A DNA stretch of 46,823 bases from Nemertoderma westbladi (GCA_032718475.1 JAUCBJ010007178.1:1-46823); one strand, 5' to 3'. Shown: positions 31,634 to 44,216, counted from the stretch's first letter. Program-made: numbers and translations. Notes: a model not told the origin generated them from the sequence alone.

Positions 31634-33632
31634 TGTTCGCGCTTTCAGACCTTTAGCAGTTTAACCTGCCAAATTAGGATGTCTTCTAGATAATAGATAG
31701 TCTTTAGCCTATGACAAATATTTGATACACTACATTAGCCGAAACCAGTCTATGCGCGATCATTCACCCGCTGGATATACCCGGGAGACTGGATTCGGTA
31801 GCCTAATCGTATTGCGGGGTAGGCCTACTGTATTATTCGATTGATCGTAATATATATAATCTCTGACAAATATTATTCACTTTCGGGAAATATTAACAGT
31901 TCCTTTAGGACGTGGCGCTCTAAATATGTAAACAGAGTTATGACTTAAACTAGACACAACAGAATGGCTATAGATTCACGTATATGGCGCATTCTTTAGG
32001 AGATGCTTCGTTATCAATCACAATCATACACAATGCTGCACAATGCTGTACACCAATCTGCCGACCTTCACTAATTTTAGTCACATACAAAGAGAATAAC
32101 AGACAATACATGTAGGGCCTATAAAATAGCATTAGATTCACTTCAAACCACTTAATGTAAGCCGCAATCGTTATATGTAACCTGTCTCTCTAACCTTTAG
32201 GATATCAAGAAGATTGGGGTGTCTGATTATTGATCAGTATTCCAAATATAATGTTCCATCAACAAATATAATGAATAACCGACAGCAAAAGCAGTAATGT
32301 TAAGTAGGATATGTATGTTATGAGATATGATTTATGATTAAGAGTAAAGATAACGGATATACGTTCTATAATTAAGCCTACTAATGTTAAGCTAAAGACT
32401 GAAACACGGAGGTTCCACGCCGGTGTTGTAGGCTGTGGGCAAAAATCACATACTACTACTACTACTACTAGGATCGGCATGCTGCATTGCAGCTGCATTT
32501 TTAAGAATGCTGTGCCGGCTTGTCAACAAAATTGCACCGCCACAACTCCCTATCACCCATGACATTTGCTAGATCATCCGCATCTTTAAGGCCAGTGTCC
32601 TTTAAGATGCGTCTCAAGAAAGTCATGGGCTGTCCACCATGCTTATTCACTCCATGAGGCTGCCAAAGTACAAGATTATGCACTGGCTGGTCCTCACGGC
32701 GAAAGCAATGTCCTGCAAAGCGGAGGCGATTTTGTTCTAGTGTCAAGCTTGGGGGAACCAATGAGACACCTCCAATGTTATATAGTGTCTGGTTGGAGAT
32801 GTGTGCATTGTACTTGACACAATGTACCCGGCGTAGCATTCTTGTGAATGTGCCATCCAGAGATTTGGTGTCCTCAGCAGTTAGAGCCCAGCATGGACTC
32901 CCGTAGAGGAGTACTGGAACTACTGCTGCTCTAAATAATCGGACCTTAAGTTTCCGATTAATTCTAGGTGACTTCCAAATCCTGGAAAGCCTATTCAAGG
33001 CTGCCCATGCCTTTCCCTTACGTATTCGAAGGTCCTCACCTGACTTCCGAATCCATGATCCCAGGTAACAGAAGTCGTCCACATGCTCAAGCATACCATC
33101 CTTTGAGCTTATGCTCATCCGATCAGAGACTTGCTGAGGACTTTCAAAGTTAACTGTCAGAATTTTGGTCTTTCTGGAGTTAATAAAAAGACCAACACTA
33201 GAAGCAGCATGTTCTAATGAGCTGAGGAGCCGCTGGGCTCCCTCTAATGATTCTGAGAGTACTCCTAAGTCATCAGCAAAGTCTAGACTCACTGACTCAA
33301 CTCCACGAGTTTCTATCTACCATCTAACACAGAGGCAAAAAACGCTCTGATTGGTCGACCGAACAAAGAGAGAACAAAGAACAAAGAGATGTTCTACCTG
33401 GCAATATCAGCTGTTAGCCGTCGTCATGGTATCTACACTGTTTCAAGAGGATCCGGCTTATTGCGTCATAAAATTGCGGATTATGTCCGCTAAAGTACAC
33501 ATACAGAAGAAATGACTTTTATGTCCTCTAAAACACCAGTACAGTAAGGACACGGCCTTTTTATGCCTGGTAAACCAACTACAGAGTACTTTACGGGGAA
33601 AATAACCGGCTAATTACGCAAAAGCCTTTACA
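31634..33632 (-). repeat. 5' LTR of the BEL element, interrupted by a LINE fragment
   Basis: 1999 bp minus the 837-bp insert equals 1162 bp, the length of the 3' LTR. Confidence 0.96.
32454..33290 (-). mobile_element. 5'-truncated RTE-type non-LTR retrotransposon (RT C-terminal part) with a (TAG)n tail
   Basis: ORF 32501-33292: LDFADD, GLFINSRKTK, VDDFCYLGS, VLLYGSPCW, RLRFAGH. It is absent from the other LTR, and no TSD is seen. Confidence 0.9.
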
Positions 33633-35262
33633 AGAATCATGGCTGAGCCATGATATTATTCTGTATGAATCATGGCTGAGCCCTGATATTATTCTGTAAG
33701 AATCATGGCTGAGCCCTGATTTTATTCTATATTGAATCATGGCTGAGCCCGGATATTATTCTGTATAGAATCATGGCTGAGCCCGGATATTATTCTGTAT
33801 GAATCATGGCTGCTAAGCCCTGATATTATTCTGTATATAATCATGGCTGAGCCCTGATATTATTCTGTATGAATCATGGCTGAGCCCTGATATTATTCTG
33901 TATATAATCATGGCTGAGCCCTGATAATTATTCTGTATGAATCATGGCTGAGCCCTGATATTATTCTGTATAGAATCATGGCTGAGCCCTGATATTATTC
34001 TGTATATAATCATGGCTGAGCCCTGATATTATTCTGTATGAATCATGGCGGAGCCCTGATATTATTCTGTATGAATCATGGCTGAGCGCTGATATTATTC
34101 TGTATGAATCATGCTGAGCCCTGATATTATTCTGTATGGAATCATGGCTGAGCCCTGATATTATTCTGTATGAATCATGGCTGAGCCGTGATATTATTCT
34201 GTATAGAATCATGGCTGAACCCTGATATTATTCTGTATGAATCATGGCTGAGCCCTGATATTATTCTGTATGAATCAGGGCTGTGCCCTGATAATATTCT
34301 GTATAGAATCATGGCTGAGCCATGATATTATTCTGTATGAATCATGGCTGAGCCATGATATTATTCTGTATGAATCATTGGTGAGCCCGGATATTATTCT
34401 GTTTAGAATCATGGCTGAGCCCTGATATTATTCTGTATATAATCATGGCTGAGCCCTGATAATTATTCTGTATGAATCATGGCTGAGCCCTGATATTATT
34501 CTGTATAGAATCATGGCTGAGCCCTGATATTATTCTGTATATAATCATGGCTGAGCCCTGATATTATTCTGTATGAATCATGGCGGAGCCCTGATATTAT
34601 TCTGTATGAATCATGGCTGAGCGCTGATATTATTCTGTATGAATCATGCTGAGCCCTGATATTATTCTGTATGGAATCATGGCTGAGCCCTGATATTATT
34701 CTGTATGAATCATGGCTGAGCCGTGATATTATTCTGTATAGAATCATGGCTGAACCCTGATATTATTCTGTATGAATCATGGCTGAGCCCTGATATTATT
34801 CTGTATGAATCAGGGCTGTGCCCTGATAATATTCTGTATAGAATCATGGCTGAGCCATGATATTATTCTGTATGAATCATGGCTGAGCCATGATATTATT
34901 CTGTATGAATCATTGGTGAGCCCGGATATTATTCTGTTTAGAATCATGGCTGAGCCCTGATATGATTCTGTATGAATCAGGGCTGTGCCCTGATAATATT
35001 CTGTATAGAATCATGGCTGAGCCATGATATTATTCTGTATGAATCATGGCTGAGCCATGATATTATTCTGTATGAATCATGGTTGAGCCATGATATTATT
35101 CTGTATGAATCATGGCTGAGCCATGATATTATTCGGTATGAATCATGGCTGAGCCATGATATTATTCTGTATGAATCATGGCTGAGCCCTGATATTATTC
35201 TGTATGAATCATTGGTGAGCCCGGATATTATTCTGTATCTATCATGGCTGAGCCCTGATATT
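33633..35262. repeat. 33/34-bp satellite, right part, with a 535-bp higher-order duplication
   Basis: Same unit as 15532-16310 and resumes in register. Identical variant strings lie 535 bp apart (33976-34212 and 34511-34747). Confidence 0.97.
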
Positions 35263-36240
35263 TTAATTTAACTGCAAACATTTTTGTAACTATTTGTGGT
35301 TAACTTTCCTAGAACTGTGTTAAATTAATTTAATTGAATTAAGCACATCTTGTAGCCTCTTGTGAATAAATGCTTCCTACTGTCCTAAAATTAATAAATT
35401 AAAAAACAAGATCTCAGCTAGAATAAGATTAGGGAAGAGGTTTGTGTAATATAAATTAATCTAAAATATATCAGTGCAAATTAGTGTATTTCTTAATAAT
35501 TCAATTCATTCAAATGAGGCTATTTTATTCTATGAAATAAAAATACCATATTCTAGATTGATAAATAGGTTTAAACAATATAAAATTAAATAATAAATAA
35601 AAAAATAAAATAAAATAATAAAATAAAATAAAATAATTCTCCTTAATTAAAATGTATAATAAAAGTAAATAACACAGCAAAGTATTTAAGTTTTGTCGGA
35701 TTGTCTCCATATTCGGAGCCCCCATCCATAACCTTAGCAAAGTATTGGACGACAGTTTAAATACGTAAACCGTATCAATCATAGACTGTAGGGGCGTACA
35801 GTAGGTACATACATTGGATATGTAAAGAACCATACAATATGATCCACTTATGTTCACCTGAATACATTTACTGTGTCTTTGTCCATATAGTAATTGATAC
35901 ATTGCGTTATATTATATATCTCTTACAGAGCCACGCAAACAACATTACGAGCTTGATGTACCTTGAAAAACTGACAAAGAGATTGTGGCATTGTAGCATA
36001 TTAATGATAAAGCAATACTATAATAAATTATTTCACAAATATGAATATCTATCTACACGGATTGCCATATATTAATTAATATGAGTCACTAATCCAGATA
36101 ATGTGATTGAATAGAATATACGTCACCACACCAAAAATACTTATACATATACTATAAAATTAAATTAAATAAAAAATAAAATACACTGATAAAGTACATA
36201 TACAAGGATGCATTCCGTCCCCCCCCCCCCCCCCCCCCCC

Positions 36241-36901
36241 TCCCCTCAACATACTGTAAGACCTTACCAATTCGCAATACCCCCTTCCCCCTCAACATAT
36301 ACTGTACGTCATCACCAATTCGCGACCCCCCTGTCCCCTCAATATACTGTAAGACGTCACCAATTCGGCGACCCCCCTCCCCCTGCCCCCTCAACATACT
36401 GTAAGACCGCACCAATTCGCGATCCACCCTGCCCGCTCAATATTATATTGTAAAGACGTCACCAATTCGCGATTCTGGCTGCCCCCTCAACATACTGTAA
36501 GACCTTACCAATTCGCAATACCCCCTTCCCCCTCAACATATACTGTACGTCATCACCAATTCGCGACCCCCCTGTCCCCTCAATATACTGTAAGACGTCA
36601 CCAATTCGCGACCCCCCTCCCCCTTCCCCCTCAACATACTGTAAGACCGCACCAATTCGCGATCCACCCTGCCCGCTCAATATTATATTGTAAGACGTCA
36701 CCAATTCGCGATTCTGGCTGCCCCCTCAACATACTGCAACACCTCACCAATTCGTGATCCTGGCTGCCCCCTCAACTTACTGTAAAACCTCACCAATTCG
36801 CAATCCTGGCTGCCCCCTCAATTTACTGTAAGACGTCAACAATTCGCGATCCTGGCTGCCCCCTTAATATACTGTAAGACGTCAACAATTCGCGATCCTG
36901 G
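36241..36901. repeat. Minisatellite of ~46-51 bp (cccctcaacatactgtaagacgtcaccaattcgcgatcctggctgc) with a ~240-bp higher-order repeat
   Basis: Tandem units are visible. 36242-36481 is nearly duplicated at 36483-36720. Confidence 0.92.
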
Positions 36902-37669
36902 TCTTTGCACGATCAGGTGATCTGGTGCTTCTGCTGTATGAGTAACAAAACTTTTTTTCTGCCAATAGGCCACTTCTGATTGGTGCCTATTGCTATCGGG
37001 CCACCCCTGATTGGTTCATATTGAACTTATTGATCAATCCAACTAATAAATTCTGTTAAATCGGTCAATTCAATAGAAAAAAGTAGAACTATTAAAAAAC
37101 ATTAATAACTACAATAAAATAATATAAACACAAAATTATTATAAATATTAAATTATTATTAAAAACTGAAAGTGGAATTATGTTGGAACTGTTTCCCAAT
37201 TTAATTAGCTCGTCACTGGGCGATCAACTAAAACTGCACGAAGTGGGGCCTTCTCGCTGCACGTGCCGCAAACAATTATAATCAAAATCTAAGCAAATTT
37301 TCCTTAATCACTTTACCCTCCAGAGGTAGACTGGGCAATAGGGCGGTGCGTTTTTTACTTTTTTTCGATTTCATTGTTCTACCGGTGCACAAAAGTTGCC
37401 AAACGGTAAAAAAATAAGGCATACATTTTTTTTTTAATTTCGTCTATATCTTCACGGATCCCAAGAGGGTTGAAATTTTGAGCCATTGCGATACACCATA
37501 ATGAAATTTATAGCAATATAACACATTAATGAAAGATCAATGACTCAAGAATGAACTTCCTGCATGCATCAAATGTCATGAATTGGGTCCAAACTTAGTT
37601 AGATACAAAAATTTTGATTTTGGGACCAAGGGAAGTAGTGCCACAGGCACATGACCAGAACCTACTCTT

Positions 37670-37985
37670 TGGCGCAAGTGACTCTTATTCTCAATTTTGG
37701 TGATGGACAACTTTTAGTTCTCCTACTGCATTGATATTATGCTCATTAGAACCGCAATGACAACGAATTAGTGGCGGTAGACAACATCAAAACAAGCACA
37801 GCACAGAGCGAATAGTTATTGAGATATTGCAGAAAATGTTAAGTCCGGCACAAGTCAACATTACGGCCTTGATGATTTATAGACAAATACACAAAAATGT
37901 TACTTCTAATGAGCATAATATTAATGCAGTAGGAGAACTCAAATTAGGCCATCGCGAAAATTGATAATAATCATCACTTGCGCCA
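37670..37985. repeat. Fold-back/MITE-like inverted repeat with ~82-bp imperfect arms
   Basis: 37670-37751 (tggcgcaagtga...agttctcctactgcattgatattatgctcattagaa) is the reverse complement of 37904-37985. The right arm abuts the LINE. Confidence 0.8.
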
Positions 37986-40190
37986 TCGGGCTCATTCAAT
38001 TGTAAAATTGGAAACTCCGACCACCAAGCCACCTTCATAGTCATACAAAAGTTTAATTGTATTTTTAACGAACCCAAACCACGCACTACCTTTGACTTTT
38101 CTAAATTTAATGAACGCGCCTTTCTTCAGGACATTAAGACAGACACTATCTGGACTTACACCGACAATGCTATACCTCTCCGCACTAAATTCGACACTTT
38201 TCACAAAGACCTCACAAGAATTTGTACATCACATTTACCGACGAAACCGCTTACTCATAAGACTCGGCCCCTTAAACCGTGGCTATCTGAAAACTTACTA
38301 AAATCTATTCGGACAAAGGACAAACTATACCGTAACTACCTGAAAAACCGAACCGACACCAACCGACAACTCTTTACTTCATACCGCAACCGTTTAACCT
38401 CCACTCTTAGGGCCGCTGAAAAAAACTTTTTTTCCCAACAATTTGACCGTAACTCCAACAACATCCGCAAGACTTGGTCCATTATTAATTCCGCCCTGCA
38501 CAAATCGTCTTCCAAATGTTCTCCTAAAAAATTGATTATTAAAACAAACAATGAAACTCAAATCATTTCAGATCCTAAAGAAATAGCAGAAAAATTTAAC
38601 AGTCACTTTGCAACCGTTGGATCGTCATTACAGAACACGCTAACCCAGAGGCCTACCTCCTCCCCCCTACGTCATATTTCTCACACCCGCGCGAATTCAT
38701 TTTGCCTCTCTGAAACCTCTCCAATTGAGATCCAATACAAAATTCTCAACCTAAAATTAAATTGTAGCTCCAATGACCCTTTTCCACCAAAACTCATACG
38801 ACTGGCCGCTGAACCTCTTTCTTACCATTTATACAATCTTTTTAATCTTTCTATTGTCCGCGGTTTCTTTCCGGATTCCTTAAAAACTGCCAAAGTGATT
38901 CCAATTTACAAATCCGATGATATAACTGATCCCAACAATTACCGCCCCATATCTCTCTTACCCATTATCAGTAAAATTCTAGAACAAATTCTTAACGACC
39001 AATTGCAAACATACCTTATAAAATACAACATTATTTCCATATCTCAATATGGTTTCCGCAATAAGACTTCTACTTCGCACGCCTTACTCTCCATCACTGA
39101 AAAAATATATGCCATGCTTGATTCCCACCAATCAATTTGTGCCGTATATATTGATCTTAAAAAAGCCTTTGACACCGTGGACCACAAGATTCTTATACGG
39201 AAGCTTGAAGCCTACGGTGTCAGGGGCCCCCCATTACATCTCTTCTCTGACTTTCTTGCTAATCGTAACCAATTTGTTTCGATTGACAGCATCCACTCAA
39301 CCCTTCAACCCATAAATTGCGGCGTCCCACAAGGCTCTGTTTTGTCCCCCACTTTATTTATAATTTTTATTAATGACCTTCCAAACGTGACTAACTTACT
39401 GACCACACTATTTGCCGACGACACGACGTTACTCAACTCGCACACCAATATTCAGACCCTTCTCAATGACACAAACAATGAACTCACCAAACTAAACAGT
39501 TGGCTAATAGAAAATAAACTAATACTCAATTTAAAAAAAACCGAATATACTCTATTTACAAACCGTATCTTAAATAATGACAATCGTTTACCCACAATCG
39601 AAATTAATAACTCCTCTATACAAATTACCGACAACACAAAATTACTAGGCATCTGGCTTGATTCAAAACTCAGGTGGAAAACACACATAAATTATATCCT
39701 TAAAAAAATCTCTCAATCTTCTGGAATATTTTACAAGCTACGCCATATTTTTCCCTTACACATTCTCAGGACACTCTACTTCACCCTAATTCACCCATAC
39801 ATCAACTACGGCATTATTCTATGGGGCAGCTCCGATAAATCGATACTCAAACCTTTACGCATTAAAATTAATAAACTGATACGGTGCATTACATTCTCCC
39901 ACTATCAATCGTCCGCGTTACCACTTTACAAAGAACTAAAAATTTTACCTCTTAACAAACTATACGATCTCACTGTCGCCAACTTTATGTACGATATTCA
40001 TTCTCACACAATCTCAACCTCCTCCACGCTAGGCAAACTTTTCAGCAAACGTTCCATTTCACACAACTACAATACTCGTTCTTCTGCCCGAGGTGATTAT
40101 ACAACCCCGCTTTTCAGGCTTACCTCCTCCCAACGTTCCGTGAGTTTTCGAGGTCCTGCCATCTGGAACTCTGTGCCACTTGACATTAGA
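37986..40190 (+). mobile_element. L2/CR1-group (Crack/Daphne-like) LINE ORF2, truncated at both ends
   Basis: One open frame from the APE-terminal SDH motif through KPWLS, NYRPISLL, QYGFR, IDLKKAFDTVDH, GVPQGSVLSP, FADD and LLGIWLD to GPAIWNSVP. No 3' UTR or tail. Confidence 0.93.
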
Positions 40191-40250
40191 TTAGACATGA
40201 TGGAGTGCACTTTTAGAGAGATATATATTCCAGGGAAACCTAAAATGTTG

Positions 40251-40290
<40 letters not shown>

Positions 40291-40333
40291 CGTGATTAAC
40301 CCTGTATGCACTTCACCATCCCAGAAACCAAAA

Positions 40334-40618
40334 TTTATTATTGGTGTTATGGGTGAATGAGTGGTTTCATATTATTACAAAATTTTGTTGGGCGCAGATT
40401 TTGCAAAGTCGGCAATCACGTCCAGGTGGGATCGAACTGGTGACCTCCGTGTTGGAAGTCTGACGCTCTAACCATTCAGCTAGCAGCTCAGGTAAAAGAT
40501 AGACCTGCAAATACTATCTGATACCTTGTATGTCCGCAATTTACCTCCTCATGGCATCACATATCTGTCAATACCATCATATGCTGCCGCTGTGCTCAAC
40601 TCTACCGTACTTGGCCGT
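40334..40618 (-). repeat. Repeat containing a tRNA-like module, copy 1
   Basis: Reverse complement of 43977-44216 and 40630-40817. A-box TAGCTGAATGG, loop CTTCCAA and B-box AGTTCGATCCC. Confidence 0.8.
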
Positions 40619-40817
40619 ATCAGATAGTACCAGATAGTATTTCGAAACCTATCTTTTACCTAAGCAGCTAGCTGAATGGTTAGAGTGTCAGACTTCCAAC
40701 TCGGAGGTCACCAGTTCGATCCCACCTGGACGTCATTGCCGACTTTACAAAGCTGCGCCCAACCAAAAAGTTGTAATAATATGAATCCACACATTCACCC
40801 ATAACACCAATAATAAA
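40617..40817 (+). repeat. Repeat containing a tRNA-like module, copy 2 (inverted relative to copy 1)
   Basis: ~190-bp arm complementary to 40334-40520. Confidence 0.8.
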
Positions 40818-42369
40818 CTATAAACATACTGGTCGCAATTATCTATGGGTGTAACTGTCCTACCGAGAGAAAGCCGCCCCAATATTAGATTATTACAACA
40901 ACATATCCATTGGGTAAGAAAGTGGAGGAGAGCCAGCCCGTCTCTTAATTGTTTACTTTATATTACGCGATCAATTTTCACTCATCTCGTCATGAACCCA
41001 ACATGTATGTAACCTTTTGTTAAATTTGTTGGCTAAGCGTTTGCGGTTGTTTGGGCGTAGTGTGGTAGGCCTACACTTTTCACACTTAAATATTTTGGTT
41101 GTGAAATGTTACAGGGCATAGCGATCTGAGATATTTCATTTATATTTTATTATGAGAGGAAGAAGAACATACAACGTTATTTACTATATGTAACAAAATA
41201 ATTGTTTTCGGGTTTAACTTGGAAGCCTCCCCAAATAGTTGATATACAATTATATTTAAAATTATTTCCATGGTCATGGTCATTCACCCGTCTTTAGTTA
41301 GAAATTTGTTTGCATGAAAGACAGTTTAGTTTAGTTTTTACTGATTTATTATCTCTTATCTGACTGGGGTAATAATAAAGGATAGGATAAATGGAAGCAA
41401 AGTGTGACAGTAACAAATATTTCCCCGTCACCCTAGCATGTCTTAAGTATATGATATATCAAAAGGGGGGAAGTTTGGATTCACTGCATAAATGCAGTTC
41501 ACCCAAACTTCCCCCGAATGCACACTGTAACTTCCCCCTTCCCCCAAATATCCACTGTTAAATTAATTTGAAGCGATATAAGATATAATAAGTACAAAAT
41601 TGTGCGAGTTTTTAATTGTGTGGTCCAATTGTTATCTGATCTCTATTTATTGTTTAAAGTGCATTTAATATCACACTGTTTTTTTAGAATATTACAACCT
41701 TATGTTTTATTAATTTACCCAATCGAAGACTCATAAGGGCCGGTTATTTGTACACTTATCCCTAATGCGCTCAGTATGGTCCAAACAATATATTAATATG
41801 AAAATAAAGTATCTGCAAAGAAAAGAACCCAATACTATATAATTTGACCTTATTAAAAAATTTGCACTTTTGCACACTTATTTGTACAAATGCACTTTAG
41901 CAGATCGTAATGGTGGCTCTTATTTAACAAACTTATGTTTATCCTCTATCGATCTACGATGGTGTATGATCAAGTGTCAGTCGCTAAAAGTGTCAAAAAT
42001 CCAATTTAATAAATCTGGATTTGCGATTTTGGACCATATTCATGGACATTTTTAAGTCACTTTATAGACATAAAAAGTTAAACAAATGTTACGATTATAG
42101 TTAGAAATCATTCCAAACTACATTTTAATCCAAAAAATAACATTCTACGATGAATAGAACTGGAAATAACAGTGTTTGAAATATCGAAAAAATGTTCACT
42201 ATTTAAGTGCATTTTGCACTAAGTGCACATGCGTCTTTTCCCAAGTTGTATCCTATTTCACACACTACAATCTATCCTCTATCCAATGAAAAAAGTTTCA
42301 GATTAAACGGCCCTGTAGAACCGAAGTTATTTATGTTTAAAAATAGTCACTCGAAAATTTCAAATTCTC

Positions 42370-42445
42370 TTGGTCACATAGTCTAGTGGTTATCAATCAC
42401 GTTAATGAAACCTAAGTTCGCGGGTTCGAAATCCAATATTGACCT
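42370..42445 (+). repeat. Degenerate tRNA-like sequence inside AT-rich repeat-like DNA
   Basis: A-box-like TAGTCTAGTGG and B-box-like GGTTCGAAATC. Stems are poor. Confidence 0.3.
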
Positions 42446-43976
42446 GACCATTCTTAATTTTTTTGCAAAAAAATTTTTTTTATTTTTTCACTAAAATCGC
42501 TCTAACTTCGGTTCTGGTGGTCCAAATTCAATAAAATTGGTATATTCTTTGCCGTAATTTTTTTCTTTATCTTTTGAGAAGGGGTTATTTTTGGCCCCAA
42601 AAAAATTATAAAAAAGGGCCAAAATAACGCGATATTTTTCGACCCTTAAAATTCGTAATTTTAATTATATATGTTAAGATAAAAGATAGCGGAGTTAATT
42701 TGATACTTTTTACCGGTACTTTTGGCGCAATACGCTAAATTATAATGGAATAGCGATTTGTTAAAAAAAAAAATTTTCGTCCCTCCTTTATAAATATTAT
42801 ATTTCACACGATCGCCTGCCGCTCCAGTTTTATAATATCTCCGGCGCTGTGATTAACGCTGTTAGATAGATAATTTAACGCACTATAAGTCTGTGTAAAC
42901 AAATCTCCCGTAAGTTAAGTAGTTTTCGAGCTAGACGATTTCCCGCGAAGCAAGTTTGAAGCGCGAAATTATAATTTTGGCCCTCATTTTTTTAATATCA
43001 TCCTTGGAGCAAAACCGATAGCATATTTGAATTCCCCGTATGGATATTGACTGTATAGAATGTACCTTAACCAACTAAAGTTAAAAATAAAAAATTATTC
43101 GATAAAAACTACTTTACAAATTCTGGCCCTTTTTGGCCCCTATTGCCGACATATTTTTTGTACCCCCATTCGATAGGAACGTAGCCCCAATGGTCTTCTA
43201 CGAGTTTCATAAAAGAATTAGTGGATTCCTACCCGCGTTGTCGAATTAAACATTTCGGAAATAAGTTTTCCAAAAAAGACGGACAAAAACGTACAAATTT
43301 ACAGCCCCTTTTTCCACCCGAAATTTTAATAAATATCTTACCGGCGGTAGTACCACTCTTCCCCTTTCCAACCGCGTTACTTTCGTCCCCGTACGATTAA
43401 CATTAGCCGAGTTATAGCGGATCCCGCAAAGTCATTTTGTCCGTTTTTTCAACTTTGACGGACATTTTCGGAAAAAAGGCGTGGTAATCTTTTTTGAAAA
43501 AAAAAACGAATTCACTAATTAATCCCTTCTATCGTATCCCGACGTCGGCTAAACAATAACCTAGGGTTTTTTCGAGCCACTGTAGAGCGCCTTTCAAAAA
43601 AATTTTAAAATTGTCGAAAAAATGACGGTTTTTTGTCCGCCGTGTCCGTCGAAGGGTTAGATTTAATAATGTTAGAGTTGCTAATATCTTAGAATTCCGA
43701 GCCGCTCCCCTGGTGAGAAAATAAAACAATTTGGTCAGTTCCTTCATCGAAAAGTCCCCCAGAATCCCAAGTTAACCTATATAGTTAGCGATGGCCTGCG
43801 GCTTTAGGAGCGGCCGCGGTATTCACCTCCCTCATAGCGGCCGCGGCGGTGTTGCGTCAAATGGAGAAATATTTATCCCACCTAGATTAGTAGCTATAGT
43901 GTATAATTAATCATTGTGGCCGTGATGGTTCATGGTTCATATACACTACCCTTTCATTGTAGCGAGGGGTTAAAGA

Positions 43977-44216
43977 CGGCCAAGTACTGTAGGGGTTGAG
44001 CTCAGTGGCAGCATATTATGATGGTATTGACAGATGGGAGACTATGAGGAGGTAAATTGTGAACATACAAGGTATCAGATAGTATTCCCAGGTCTACCAT
44101 TTACCTGAGCCGCTAGCTGAATGGTTAGAGCGTCAGACTTCCAACCCGGAAGTCACCAGTTCGATCCCACCTGGACGTCATTGCCGACTTTGCAAAAGCT
44201 GCACCCGACAAAAAGT
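43977..44216 (+). repeat. Repeat containing a tRNA-like module, copy 3
   Basis: Aligns with copy 1, including ~130 bp upstream of the tRNA-like part. Confidence 0.8.

Larger units (their letters stand above)
16311..33632 (-). mobile_element. Full-length BEL/Pao LTR retrotransposon, 17.3 kb including two nested insertions
   Basis: Paired LTRs TG...CA, AGAAT TSD (16306-16310 and 33633-33637) and BEL-type gag-pol with a triple zinc knuckle. Confidence 0.96.

Noticed and set aside
40191-40295. Poly-Gly C-terminus of the LINE ORF
   Set aside because: Read-through into flanking DNA and a G homopolymer after the LINE truncation.
40661-40735. Functional tRNA-Gly(TCC) genes (also 40418-40490 and 44108-44180)
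   Set aside because: Acceptor and anticodon stems pair poorly and the copies diverge like repeats.
40296-43973. piggyBac-like element bounded by TTAACCC...GGGTTAA
   Set aside because: The inverted match is only about 3 bp beyond TTAA.
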